DNA from: Botryllus schlosseri
Lineage: Eukaryota
Assembly: GCA_051294905.1 (NCBI GenBank)
Contig: CM119372.1
Coordinates: forward strand, 21,764,001 to 21,828,000
Direction of reading: 5' to 3'
Length of the DNA stretch: 64,000 bases
Under the pieces are notes generated by a model. It worked only from the letters and a program-made list of their open reading frames with translations. It made no database searches and was not told where the DNA came from. Shown piece after piece: positions 23,606 to 36,648 of this stretch. The first letter of the stretch is position 1. The number at the start of each line of letters is the position of its first letter. The translations under genes and the position numbers were made by a program.

Positions 23606-25342
23606 TCGTGGAGTCTAATGTTGGCCGAAACCGCATGGGCCATTTGGTGTGTCGTGTCCTTATAAAGTGGACAATGGGTGCATTATGGCGTAACATGCAA
23701 ATGACGCATCGTTTACAAAGCAAGTTGTTATCTTTCAAGGCAATCCTTATATTGTCTTCAAATATATCTTCTAAGATTAGTTCTAAGAAGCAAAATAACT
23801 GTAATCGTGAGTAATCGTGTTACTTTTCCAATGTATAATCGTAATCGTAATCGACTACTTCGTGATTTTGCTGTAATCGTAATCGTAATCCGACCACACC
23901 ACTGTTGGACAATATGCTTTTGGTGATCCGAAGTGACATCACGGACGACTTGTAACGTCACGAAGGAAATCACCGACAAAATATTCAAAAACTTAAATTT
24001 GTAGAGGTTAAGGCTGAGAGCCAACAAATACAAAATCATTTGCAACAACAATCAACATTTGATCAAATTTTATTAGTGTTGTGAAGTTACTCAGCTATTT
24101 TAGGGTGTATGTTTTACCGTAACTGTGCGTTTGGGTTTTTCAAAAATATCTTTTTGTTTTCAAATTTCACTCGCTTAGTGTTAAAATTGTCCGGTTGCTT
24201 AAAAAACACTACACACCACATTTGGGTCAGTCGGTATTTACGGTGGCAAATTTCGACACTTCGATATGACCAAACATCGTGTTCCAGGCATGCCTGAAGG
24301 GAAAGTAATGTTTTTTTTTCACGGGTTTACATCTTGATACTGGGCTGCGATAGAGTTGAGATAATGAAATTGCTAATTAATGAAAAATTAATTTGAAACC
24401 GATTTGCTGGAAATGAGTCAACGAAATTGAAATAGGCTCGTTAAAACGATGGAGATATTTATTAGCAAATAAAAGAATGTAAAAGAATGTAACTGTAAAT
24501 GAACCATCCAATTGCACAGCGACAATGTAAATATCTTATTATTCAATGAAACGTAAGAACATGACGGGAAAATGGATAACGAAACGAAACACCATAACAA
24601 AGAAATGGATTAATTTGACAAAAATCCAATACCAATCATGTGGATGAATGGGTTGATTTTTCGAACATTTGAAATCTTTGCCGGAGATCTTCCACGACTT
24701 GTAAGAGACTGGCTTGTGTTTTCTGTCGTCAGGTATGTACAATGTACATAGCGTGATCGGTATTTAATTATTTCATCATGTGCGCTGCTGTATCGCTAAG
24801 TTCTTGACCACTATTCATGAATTCCCGAGCACACATGAAACGCAGATCACTATATACCATTCTGACACTGGAAGACTCGACCTGATGGTGTTCCACAGCT
24901 ATAGCATCAATATGAACCACGATTTTGTCCCAATGATATACACTACACAATTAAAATATGACATATGTATCTGTCATTGAATAGGTTTATAGGAGCTTTC
25001 AAAGTCACAAATGTAGATGAATGATCAGATCAGATCGAAACCCTGCTACGGGGGGTGTCAGCTGCCAGTGAATAAAATATAGATGTGCTCTAGCTGTAAG
25101 TTCACCTTCGTTACTTCATGCTGCTGCAGGTCGTCTTCTAGTTATGTTCAGTATTATTCTTGTTGTCTGATTTTAACCTTCAACACTTTATCTTTGCCAC
25201 CAACCGTTCCTAATCTGGGACCTTCCAAATCAGGGTAGGAGTTTATGTCTTGTAGTTCTTTAATCGTCTCAAATGAGCATTTTTGCATCAATTTTCGAAA
25301 TAGCTTCATAGGGGTTCCTTCCCTATATCCCGTAGCTTACGC

Positions 25343-26733
25343 CAGTGGTTCCCAACCTGTGGTACGCGTACCACTAGTGGTACGCGAAGGTCTTCCAGGT
25401 GGTACACGAGTAGATTCTGTTTTTGTCGACCGAAGGGAGTTATTAGTTCAGTTGGGGTTGATTTTGAGTTTTCTGAAGCCGCCGTCATCGTCGTGGTAAG
25501 GTACGTCGAAGAAACGAAACCGACTTGTTGCGCTCATGCATGACTTTCGATGCGCTGTGAACAAACGTATGCCACGCATCGACCAGCTAGTGGAAAATAA
25601 ACGAATGCAGCCATCGCAATAAACCAGGGGTAACCAACCTGCGGCAGTAGAAGGAAATTTGTTCGGCCGTGTAAACGTATTTCAATTTGTATGTGTTAGC
25701 GGTCGTCGACATGAAAATTGAATTTACGAATTTACTCCCAAATTTTTTAGGAGATTTTGATTAACTCTGAAATTTTCTTCGCGCTAGGCGCGATTCAACG
25801 CGACTTCATTTTTTCGATATTAATGTAGTAGCGCCCTTTGCAACCTGAGCACCACAGTACAGATGTGAACAGCAACGAAAAATGATGCGCACCAGATAAA
25901 AATACCAACTTGGAATCGTGCCCTTCTCACGAATGAAATTTGTTTCCATGGTGCGTTCGGGCGATTTCAATATCTTTCCAATATACCCCCAATCCTGATG
26001 GGAGGTCAGGAAATAGCAGTATTCAACAAAGTGACTTATTACATTTGGTCCACTAAAAGATGCATCATCATTTATAACTAATGCCTTAAAATTTTCGAAA
26101 ACACACCTAGAAAACACACCGTCCATCAACTTTACCGGAGAATCTGATCAAATTGGCTGAGAAAAGAATAGATATTTGATACAAATCTGTGAAACTACGA
26201 ATATTAAGGACAAAATTCATTCGTGAATCTGAAAAACTTTCGCGCATCGCGCGACCATAACGAAACCAAAATATCCATTCATAACATGCCACTCGCGATT
26301 TCGGTACGTACGCCAACATGAATAAACCACCGAAAATGGACATGGACAGTTTGAAATGGGTATTTGTCATCTGGTTTGTTCATTACGAACTATGTCCTGG
26401 AATGCGGCCGTAGGCTACATAACTACTCGAAATGCGGATGTGAATAGCAAAAAGGTTGGCCACCCCTGCATTAAACAAATGAATTTATGTTGTTTGTTTT
26501 TATTTCATTATGTCGTTGTTCTTCTTGTGACTGGTGGTGAAAAAACAAAAAAAAATTCCATGCATCTCATCATCAACCCTGGCTGATAATGCCTAGTTTA
26601 ATAGAATTTGTTATTACACCTCGCATAGGTCAAATAGTGATTATGACGTCATAAATAGCGGATGTAGGTGGTACGCGAGCACTGCATAAAACCTCGAAAT
26701 GGTACGAGGGTGGAAAAAGGTTGGGAACCACTG
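25343..26733. mobile_element. hAT Charlie-like MITE containing a nested MITE
   Basis: TIR CAGTGGTTCCCAACC. Perfect TSD GCTTACGC. Same family as 4881-5425. Confidence 0.92.
25625..26468. mobile_element. ~800-bp hAT MITE, copy 3
   Basis: Ends CAGGGGTAACCAACC / GGTTGGCCACCCCTG. TSD CAATAAAC / CATTAAAC. Confidence 0.85.
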
Positions 26734-27550
26734 GCTTACGCAGTACAGCTACAAAGTCAATTTGTGATGTTGCCACATATCCTTGGTCTGGGACAATTGA
26801 ACTTTTTGCAGATGATGAAGAAATTTGAAGGCATAGCATTTTACCATGATCGGGGGTCGCAGATTAGGAACGATTGGTGCCAAGGATGAGGAATTGTTCG
26901 TTAAACTCGGGCAACAAGAAAAAGACTGTACTGCTGGAGGTGCACAGCAGCAGCAAGTGGCCAAGTGAACATACAGAGAACTATTCTATATCTGCACAAG
27001 CAGTTGATTCTCCCCGTAGCAGTGATTTTGAAGTTGCACAATATTTATCTGATCATCCATCTATAAATTTACTACACTCTAAAAGCCACTGTAAACCAAA
27101 TAAACGATAGAGATCTATGACAGGTTTTTGATCGTTGATTTGCTTGAGACAGCTCATTCGCTTACATTGATGGTATGGTGGTAAAACATCATTTGACGAG
27201 TCTTCCAGTTTCAGAATAGCATAGGTATCCGCATTTCATGAGTGCGCGGGAATTCGTATATAATGATCAAGTACTTAAAGATCCAGCAGAACGTATGATA
27301 AAATTAAATACCGACCACGCTATGTACATACCAGATGACAGAAAACAGCACGCCTGTGTCTAACAAGCCGTGGAAGATCTCCGGCAAAGAGTTCAAAATT
27401 TCTAAAAATCAACCCACCAATCTGATTGGTATTGGATCTTTGTCAAACTGATCCATTTCTTTGTATGTTCTTACGTTTCATTGCATAATAAGACATTTAC
27501 AATGTCGCTGAACGATTGGATGGTGCTGTTACAGTTGTATTCTTTTACAT

Positions 27551-29147
27551 CAGTGGTTCTTAACCTTGCCTCCAGCGCCGCCAAAGGGGCGCTGGGCTCA
27601 GGGGGCGATTACGGGGGGCGCTGAAGCAAAATAGCTTCGCAGTAGATGATGTAGTAGTAGGACATGTCCTTAATGAATATTCAGAGCAAATTAACATTCC
27701 ACAAAACATGTCAAATTCTGAAATTTTTGGTCGCGCTACGGGACGATGTTTACTACATATGTTTTCATGAATGTAGTGGTCGGGATATTATAATTCCTGT
27801 AAAACGAATAGCGCGTACTTTTAGATCGCCAATTTCCCGTTAAAACACTGCCGTCACGGTTGCTAGGGTTATTTTAAATAAAATGTTTCGAATTAGGTAT
27901 AATATATCCTGCAGCGCACAACGTTTCAACGTTATATAGTATTAGTTGCTTTGCTTGGAATACATTCATGTTAAAATTAATAACTGGGTGCAGTACTAAA
28001 TTCAGAGAGCAGATATATGCATCCCATTCTCGGTTGACTTACTTAGTCACACAAAGCACTAAGACAAAATCGAATACCATTAATTTCCCCGTATTTCTAA
28101 TCGCAGATGTGAATTCGGGATCGCTCGAACCACAGGGCATGAAACCGTACTCGATTGTTGGTATACGAACCTTGATTTGACCCTGAATATACCACACACA
28201 ATTATTATATGTTTTTTTATAGTCGAGTGGTCCTCGAGCGCGATTAAAGCGCGAAATATTTCCAATAACAAAGTCCCGAAAAGACCGACTGAACTTTGAC
28301 CTCTTACCAGGACCGAAACTGCTGCAACCCAATTCCCAAATCGGTGAGCTCGAAGGGTGCCCTAAATTCTTTCGGTGAATGAACATAAATTACACATCAT
28401 GTTTTGACGACTGCCCCATGAAAAAATATGCATAATTATAGAAAATAGAAATAGGCATTTTGGCGTCGGCCATTACCACGCCATCATGCACAAAAACATA
28501 CAAAGTTCCGGTCAATATGGGTCTCCGAGAAGTGCGTCATGAAGGATCGTAAGCGAGAAAACCTTGGCCAAAGAGGATTGCCCTTATGTTGACCGTAAAC
28601 TTTTATGTATAGAAGTCTAATTGTCCAAAGATTGCGTTTCAATATCTTTTGACTATATAGCGGACAAGAGGCAACAAAATAACAACATGTAACAAAGTAA
28701 TTGTACCAACGGGCACGCCCGAATATGTTCTATTATTAATTACGTGGCCTTCATTTTCCAATACAACAGCTCATTCAGCGCTACTGCTAAATCTGATTAC
28801 TTGGGCAGAGAGGATAAAAAGTTTATATCGACATATATATGCAATTACCACCTATTCATTCATGCATTTTAGAAAATTTTGGCGCCTAGGGCGACCAGGC
28901 CACACAAACTTTGCTGACCATCGAAATCACGCGACGGGGTTCTTGGGGGTGAAGCCCTCAGACGTTGGGTTTATCAGGCTATTGGTGTGCAAGGCAATCG
29001 TTTTTAGCGGGGCTGACGAAGTGCTGTAACGGCCCTCTCTCTCACCCATTTTCTTTATTACAGCTCTTACAATATGAGGTGGGGGGCGCAAGAGCAGGAT
29101 AATTTTTGAAAGGGGGCGCTGGAGGACAAAAAGGTTAAGAACCACTG
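27551..29147. mobile_element. hAT element containing a nested CAGGGCCG-type element (28308-29037)
   Basis: TIRs CAGTGGTTCTTAACCTT / AAGGTTAAGAACCACTG. Perfect TSD TTTTACAT. Confidence 0.88.
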
Positions 29148-29611
29148 TTTTACATAGTGAATCGTGCAAAATGATGGTTAGTTTTAGGTAAGTTTGAGGA
29201 TTTCCAAGGCCGTGTGCAATATGAAAATGGTGTTCTGTACTCGGAAAAATATCTGCAGTGAGGTTTTTCATCACCCCAAACCCCAACAGCTGCTTAAAAC
29301 CTGACATGTATGGCATTTTAGTAGGCTAAGTAAAATCGCAGCACTCAAATTTTATGGTAATCCCCCATTTTCAGCCGATATTCTTCCAGCTCAACATGCA
29401 CACAGATGCAAAGAATGAGTTACGAGAAAAAGTAGCCAGAATGTGTTTTAAGGCATAAGGCATGGAAAACGGACTGAAAACCATGACGTTTTTGAAAGTC
29501 GGTCAATTCTGATCAACCCTGCTATTGGTGCTGCAGCTGTGGATCAAAAATATGTATACTCTATCTCGCCAGATTCTCATGCACTGAGATGCGAGAATAC
29601 AACGTTTAAAC

Positions 29612-30457
29612 CAGTGGTTGCCAACCTTTTTCAACTCATCGCCTCCTTATCAACCTCGACGCAAATTTTCGCCCCTCCCCCCTCCCATATTTACCGATCC
29701 GAAAAAGAGGACATAGAATGGGGAAATTTATTCACCCAAGTCTAATCCCTGGTGAATTTACTAAAGCTCGCCTTTACAGACCCTCTTGTATGATTTTAAT
29801 GGAACGAATATAGTTTATGCGTTTGTATTTTCACGGATGTGTAGATGTTTAGTGTATTGTATCATATCAATTTATTTCAACTTCTCGAGGCTTCGTATTA
29901 GATCCTCTATTTCGGCTGATAATAACAGATTGTAGAATGTAGCTATACAGTTATACTCACATATTTTATTAGCAGTATGCTTACAACGTGTGCGTGATCG
30001 ACGCAACGCAATTTTGCATGTACATTTAACTTTGTATTCGTTATTCGATTCAAGATAAATGGCCAATTAATCTGTTTTGACACAGCTAGCAAAATGTAAT
30101 GACTTTTAATGATCACTCATACTTCGAAACTTCAATTTGACTTGAATTGTGACTTGACTCGTGACTGGACTTGACTTGACTCGAGTCACGTTAAAAAAAC
30201 GAGTGACTTGACTAGGCTCGAGTCAAAATGTGCAATGACTTGAGATGACTCGTGATTCGAAGGTAGTGAATTGATCCCAACACTGTCATGTGCAGAATAA
30301 GTCGTCTTCACGTCCATTTTTTGACCGTGTTAAATAAATATATCTCCCTGGACGTTTTAAGATTTTCGTCCCCCAGTCGCTCCCTTTGGTATTTTCGCCT
30401 GCTTGTTTCTCAAAATCGCCCCCTGGTGAGCGATATCACCCACGTTGGGAACCACTG
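29612..30457. mobile_element. hAT MITE (GGGGCG-rich family) just downstream of copy C
   Basis: Ends CAGTGGTTGCCAAC / GTTGGGAACCACTG. TSD GTTTAAAC / GTTCAAAC. Inverted relative to 42589-43834 and 51038-51407. Internal GACTT/GACTC repeat patch at 30130-30280. Confidence 0.82.
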
Positions 30458-30582
30458 GTTCAAACTGTAGAAACTGCTGACAATATTGAAACAATTCCCA
30501 TACCTTGGAAATTCGACTAATTCCGAGTGTACGATGTCATATATAATGTTCAGATCAAAGTAAAATGGCATAGAGTAAAATT

Positions 30583-30588
30583 TTTATT
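30583..30588 (-). promoter_or_regulatory. polyadenylation signal AATAAA of copy C
   Basis: AATAAA on the minus strand ~120 nt after the stop codon. Confidence 0.5.
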
Positions 30589-30708
30589 ACAACGTAAACG
30601 TAGTGCAAATATAAATATATCTTAGAGCGGCTGGGACGCGATAACGGCATCCAAGGATTTTCTTGACAATAAAACATCGTATCAGCGTAAACAGAATTTC
30701 CTACGCAA

Positions 30709-30931
30709 TCAAGGAACTACGCATGTGCAGCCCACAGGAATTCTCTCGGTCGCAAGTTCACATGTACTAGTCGTGCATTGCGAGAAATGGTGAATGGAAC
30801 CTCTTGGCCACTTCAGCACGGTCACGGATGCATAGATTTCCGCGCTCTTGAGACTGGGCGTCGGGTGCCCGGAATGAGCATCGAGACAGTTCCGGCAAAG
30901 GCATTTGGCGATGGAGAGATGGCGAGGATAC
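30709..30931 (-). CDS. IL-17-like cytokine copy C, coding exon 2 (cystine-knot domain)
   Basis: Acceptor CTTATCCAG|G, then (R)YPRHLSIAKCLCRNCLDAHSGHPTPSLKSAEIYASVTVLKWPRGSIHHFSQCTTSTCELATERIPVGCTCVVP*. 223 nt, phase-compatible with exon 1. Not present in the ORF track. Confidence 0.93.
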
Positions 30932-31159
30932 CTGGATAAGTCGTGGGCATTGTATCGATTTCAGAAATGATCACTAAGGCAATAACCGCAGTCTATATAT
31001 TTACTTTTGGCAGTACCTTTTAGGTTTGAATCAAGGTGAAATTTGAATGAGATTTGTCTTCGATAGTTCATATCTTTGTCAGCAAAGTAATGCTGTTCAA
31101 TACTTCGGATAATTATTTATTCTGCAACTAGATGTAGATACGGTAATTACACATCTTAC

Positions 31160-31497
31160 CTGTTACGTCGTGTCTGTAAGCAGGTTGCCCAGGGAGATAT
31201 GCTTCTTTTACTTTCTTCTGTGACGGTGTTAGGAATATCTTGAAATGTTGGGCATTCGACATCACAAGATAGACGCGACCCAACACTTCTTTTATGTCTC
31301 CTCGCTGACGTCAGTAATGGTTGGTCAGTAATTCTCAAGCAAGACTCCCGGAGCTGTGCGTCATTGAGCAGATCACAGTCTGACGAGTTGTTCTTTACGG
31401 CAATGTCTGCATTTATGCGTCTTGCGTTCGCCTCGTACATCGAAGATGAAATTAAAATCGTCAGGGTCAAAATTGACAGATTGAATGAATATTTCAT
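31160..31497 (-). CDS. IL-17-like cytokine copy C, coding exon 1 (spliced product 186 aa, intact)
   Basis: ATG at 31497: MKYSFNLSILTLTILISSSMYEANA (signal peptide)...RRHKRS...KRSISPWATCLQTRRNR. Donor AG|GTAAGA, and a 228-bp GT-AG phase-2 intron (30932-31159). Confidence 0.93.
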
Positions 31498-31597
31498 TTC
31501 GGAAAATATTTGTTCAGATTTCACGGAATGAATCTATATGCAATATATATTCGGATCACCGTAATCGTATACTGAGAGTCCGTGCCGTGATTTGCCA

Positions 31598-31615
31598 CTT
31601 AAATAGTGAAATCCC
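31598..31615 (-). promoter_or_regulatory. kB-like GGGATTTCAC abutting TATA-like TATTTAAG, copy C
   Basis: The minus strand reads GGGATTTCACTATTTAAG ~100 bp upstream of the ATG, the same adjacency as in copy A. Confidence 0.45.
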
Positions 31616-33009
31616 AGCAAATTAGTTATTTAATCATATATTTGTTATTAGAAAACATATGATGTATTCGGGGGCATTATGCATACATCCCTACCAGTTG
31701 CGATTTCCACCTTTCTCCAATATTCCGACAATTTCATTCATAGACAACCCTCCTAAATATAGTAATACGTGTCTATAGGTCTACGTTTGACGTATAGGTG
31801 ATTATGAGGTTCATGTGATGGCCTGTTGGCATGCAACTGTATGGTAAGCCAATATACAGGAGCGGTAAATATATATATCCTTGGTAAACACGCCCTGTTC
31901 CATCTTATGAGCTTCTCATGTATAATTAACTGGTAGCAAACAATTTTTATCGGGATTAAGATCACGTCGTTTGATATCGCTCAAATTCACAAATCCTCGT
32001 TTTTTCGCCCCTGCCATAAAAATCGTTTTCCAATGTACACAAAATATGATGTTATTTTGTGTAGCCATTTTTGTGGTTTAAATCAAATACATCCTCTGTG
32101 TTCATTCCTCCCCCACATTTGTAAATCACGTCATCGACTGATCGCTAGAAATCCGTCGATATGCTGTGGCCACCTGTTCTCACTGACAGGCCTAACGCAA
32201 CCAAGGATGACACGCTCTGCTTTGCTGGCATTTTCATACAGTGTACCTATCAGAATTCTGTTGATCCTTCCTTAGGATCGACGTTACGTGCTCTTCCAGA
32301 AAATATTTCATTATTCTACCTGAACAGTATTAACGAATACTTTCACTAACTCGACAAATGACGTGATTGTTCATTAAAAGTCTTGGAATTGATGCATTGA
32401 GCATTACTGAAATTCAACTTCAATGGATAACTCAAAAGCTCGGAATATTCATTGCGTCACTTGCTTTAACCTACACAACTTCATAATTCAAATACACGTT
32501 GACACTGTGCGTTTATGTGCAAGAGATACGTCGATAACAGATACGATATGGTAAATTGAATATACTATCCGATGTTACTAGCCAATGTGTAGTTTTTGTG
32601 AATACTTCTTTGTCGGATCAGTTAGCGCCTAGCTTTAAGAGTGGAGCGATGAAGTCATATCTGACATTCACTGAAGGTCATGGTCGCTGTGAGAAATGGA
32701 TAGATACACATTTATTTCTCAAATGAGAATATTTAGATATTCGATAGCGATTATACATATACGGCCGTTCAGTTACCAGTTCGCATGAGAAATTATTTCT
32801 CAGTAACCTTTTGTAAAGAGATTGAGTCACCTGTTCTCATGTATCCAAATTGTCACTCAAATTGACCAGTGTGACGTAAGCAGAATGTCAAAACTGCGTC
32901 GCATGAGACGGGTATCGAATGATATACGTATCGCTTTTATAGCGTAGGATTGGGTCAATTTGAGGCTGGGAGTTACTTGCACTAGGCGCCATATTGTCAC
33001 AATTCAGTA

Positions 33010-35676
33010 CAGGGGTTGGCAATTATTTTCCTCCGCGGGCCAAATGAAAAATACAAAACACGTTGGCGGGCCGAGTGAAAAATTTTAGCTATATTTTACA
33101 TCGTATTTTATTTCTAAATTTCATTGATATTAATGCTGCTCAGTGAATGTTTTGATGTTACGTAATGAGAAATTGGCGGTTAATTATCACACTGGTCAAC
33201 ACACTGATTCCGAATATGACCTTGTTTTTTTCAAATTGGCTCTATTTTTTGAGATAATCCATTGGGCTATTTTGACTAAAATCTCATATTTTCGCTGTAC
33301 GGGCTAGATAAAAAATCGGCTCAGTCGTACTATAAAGTTGAGAAATTCAATCTACTTGTTATTTTGACACGCTGAAGACTGTTTTAAATCAGAATAGATC
33401 AGCCGGGGTATTAGATGTATCATAATTGGAGACTTTCACGGATATCATTGTACATAAATAGACTTCAATCATGTATATAAGTGTTTACCTAAATACTCAA
33501 ATACCGTTGCATTAATTGAACCAGTTCTATGTCAAACATCGATTTTAAATTCAAAATAATCAGTTAGAATATGATATTAATAACTTAACTTAAAGCAAAA
33601 TTGGTTCTTATACTATTTTCGGTTGTAAGCAATTTTAGCGCAGTTTTTCGAAAGGTTCCAGCAATAACCTGCCATAATATGTTCGTCGTATCTGCACTGA
33701 TATCTTTCTTCTGTTGTTTTGATGTATCGGTGGAACCTTTCCCCTTTATATTCCCTCTAATCAACAATATTATCGGAAAATATATCAAGATCACTGAACA
33801 GGGAAAGAGATTTAATGCTCATGTTTGCCCCAAGGTTTCCATATGCAGATGCCAATTTTCGGATCAACTGTTGGTAGTTGGGTGCTTTGTGATCTCCCAA
33901 AAAGTTTTCTTTACTACATCCTAAAAGGGAGTCCATGCAGTGAGCATCTTTCTGTAATCCTTAGTCCGTATTTAAATCTGAGATCCATCAAAGATTCCTG
34001 ATTAAAGCTACTCGTTTGATATGGATACTAGGTATACCCACTTTGTTGGCTGTACGGGTAATTATCCATTTACAAGTTAAAAGAGATGAGTCGCATATGA
34101 GTATATTAGTTAAGCTTTCCAGGGACAAACGTGATAGCTTTATACTCCTCTTTCATCTTGGTAGAATGACCAATTGGTACAGGAGAAAATTATTTCCATT
34201 GTGCAAAATTACAATTTTTAGGCTTGACAAACTGTTTTTTATCAAGCAAAGCTCTCGCATCAGATCATGGTAATATTGATAAAATAACTGAGAACGACAT
34301 GAGTGTTCATCATAGTCAATTATCTATTTATGCGCAGTATAACAGTAGAAAAATCTAAGATTTACTTTCTACCTAGTGAAATATTCAAGGGTGAATACAG
34401 TGATTTTAGGCTTTTTTAGAGGTATAACTATATTTTTTTCTAGAGCCAATTTGGCAAAACTTTTGCGATATTCGTAATCAGCAACCTCAAAACCCCCCAA
34501 AACGGCTCTCAGATGTTCTGCCAAATTTTATTTTTCATTTTGTTGACCAGTGTTATCTATTTGTCGTCATGACTCGAAACAATGTTGAACATGATACAGT
34601 TTGACTCCATTTAAACCCCTCTCCCCGTTATTCTATTAAGACACTACAAAGTGGTTCTCAAACTTTTTTACGCACGCTTCCCTTTTATTATAGGTGAAAA
34701 CCTTCGACCCCCTTATCAAGATATCACAAAATAATAAAACGAGCAACGAGAATGCTAACAATTCCCACGGATGGTTTGTTGGCATGGATGGTTATGGCTG
34801 ATGATGAGAGAATTCTGAAACATCAAAGTGGGACAATACACAGAGCCATAACTTGAACACCATAATGCCGGATTAATTTTTTTTTTTATTTAACTCCGGC
34901 TTCGACCCCTCTTCAGATGTATTTACGTCCAGTTCAAGAACCACTACACTAAAATGTATATGGCATAGTAGCCTACAATGTTTATTGTCTCAGTCGCTGC
35001 CTTCAGAGCAGCTCTAATAGCTTTGACGTTGAGCGAAGTTTGCAGTTTTTCTGAAAAACGCCGTCCCTTGACCGAGTGTTTAGTCATAATTAAAATGTTT
35101 AATCTTGGTGACATGCTCGGCAAAAACTCAAAGGACGGGTTAACCCCCAACTCCAGCATACAAATACTTAGTGCTCTAGCCTTCTTCCAATTACAGCTTT
35201 CGGCTATCTTTTTTTCGACGTGCAATTTTACTCTTTATGGGTGATATGCATGATGAGAGATGAGTTATATAGTAATCGCGATTCGTGAGCACTGATTGAC
35301 TTGTTTCACGAATTAGGAATTTGAAAACGCCTCACGTAACAATACCGTATAATGCGTAATGCCACAATGACAACAAAGAAGGTTTGATCTAATCTATATA
35401 GAGAGAGCGATTTCTTGTGACTTTAATTGCTACTCATACTTTCCTACATTGCCATTATTTAAAATCTGGATTATGCATGCGAGGTACGTAGGCAGTGTAA
35501 TCGTGGTATATTAATGAACAGGCTTTAGAGTCAACGAATTTCCTGTTCAGTGGATGCATCCTATGGTTTTAGTCCATGCGTCAACATTCACAAAGAAGGT
35601 TTTGTGTTACGAATTCCAAGCAACCTTTCGCGGGCCACACGGAATGGCTTCGCGGGCCGCACTTTGCCCAGGTCTG
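33010..35676. mobile_element. hAT element (GCGGGCC subterminal motifs) hosting nested elements
   Basis: Ends CAGGGGTTGGCAA / TTGCCCAGGTCTG. TSD ATTCAGTA / ATTTAGTA. Confidence 0.7.
33190..34552 (-). mobile_element. Chapaev3-like (CMC) transposon relic with degraded transposase fragments
   Basis: TIRs CACTGGTCAACA / TGTTGACCAGTG with 3-bp flanks TCA / TTA. Minus-strand remnants GIFDGSQI, GERFH and MAGYCWNL. Confidence 0.75.
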
Positions 35677-36648
35677 ATTTAGTATGTTTGTGTCGTCCTA
35701 TCGGCGCATCAAAGTCATCTGCAATGAATGACAAATAGACTGCTTGATTTCCATTCGATAAAATATCCAGAGGATCACATTTTTATAGAACAGGAGATCA
35801 CACGGGTAGTTAATTCGCAAATGCAGTGATATGAACAAATAACCTGCCGAAGTACGTAGCAATGAAATGGTGAAACTGCCGTGCTTCACACTTCTTATCC
35901 TCATGTTCTTTTGTACGAAGCACCGTTCACTCAGTTACATTTGTGGTGCCGTGGGTTCAACGATATTTATATCTTGAAAAAAAGTATCTCCCAAAATTAA
36001 TTCGCTCGAAAATATCTGCAATGGATCGCAAGGAACTTACGGCCTAGTGCGAACATATGTGTTACAAGAATGAAAATTTGGGCTGGTGCCAAACGTTTAC
36101 CTGACAATGGCATGTCGTCACGTATTCATTGTAAATTAGTCGACAGAGCTGACGCCACCATACCCAAGTCGGAGGAGGGGTCAGTGGTGCCTTTCGCTCC
36201 CTGGTTGTGCGACTGAGCACGATCGCGTTATTAATCATCAGTCACCACCATCTGAAGATGTCAAGCAGTATAAGATGCTTCTGCAAATGATGAATTTTTC
36301 GCCGGCAAATGAGAAGAGATATGGGTCAAAATGCAACGCTGCTAACCACGGCAAGCTGTTATTGCTCTCAATATGATTCCGTCTACGTCCACTTATCTCT
36401 GCCTGTATGGCTTCTCTTCGTTGCCTAGCATCCGTAAAGCACGAAATGGGTATGACTTTGGACCTTACAGGCGCAGAACATTTTTTTACCGATGGATCAA
36501 ATATTGAAGGACACGTAACGCGTTAACAACGGCAACGGATGTCTCATTAAATTGACCGAACAAACGTATTTCGCCAATTTATTTCTGTTTTAATCATTTA
36601 TATTTTATTATATACTTCGGCTACATTGGGTGTGAATTTAGTGACCAC

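Noticed and set aside
31498..31524. GTG-initiated extension of the copy C ORF
   Set aside because: Artefact of a prokaryote-style ORF caller. The ATG at 31497 (MKYS) is the start conserved across paralogues.
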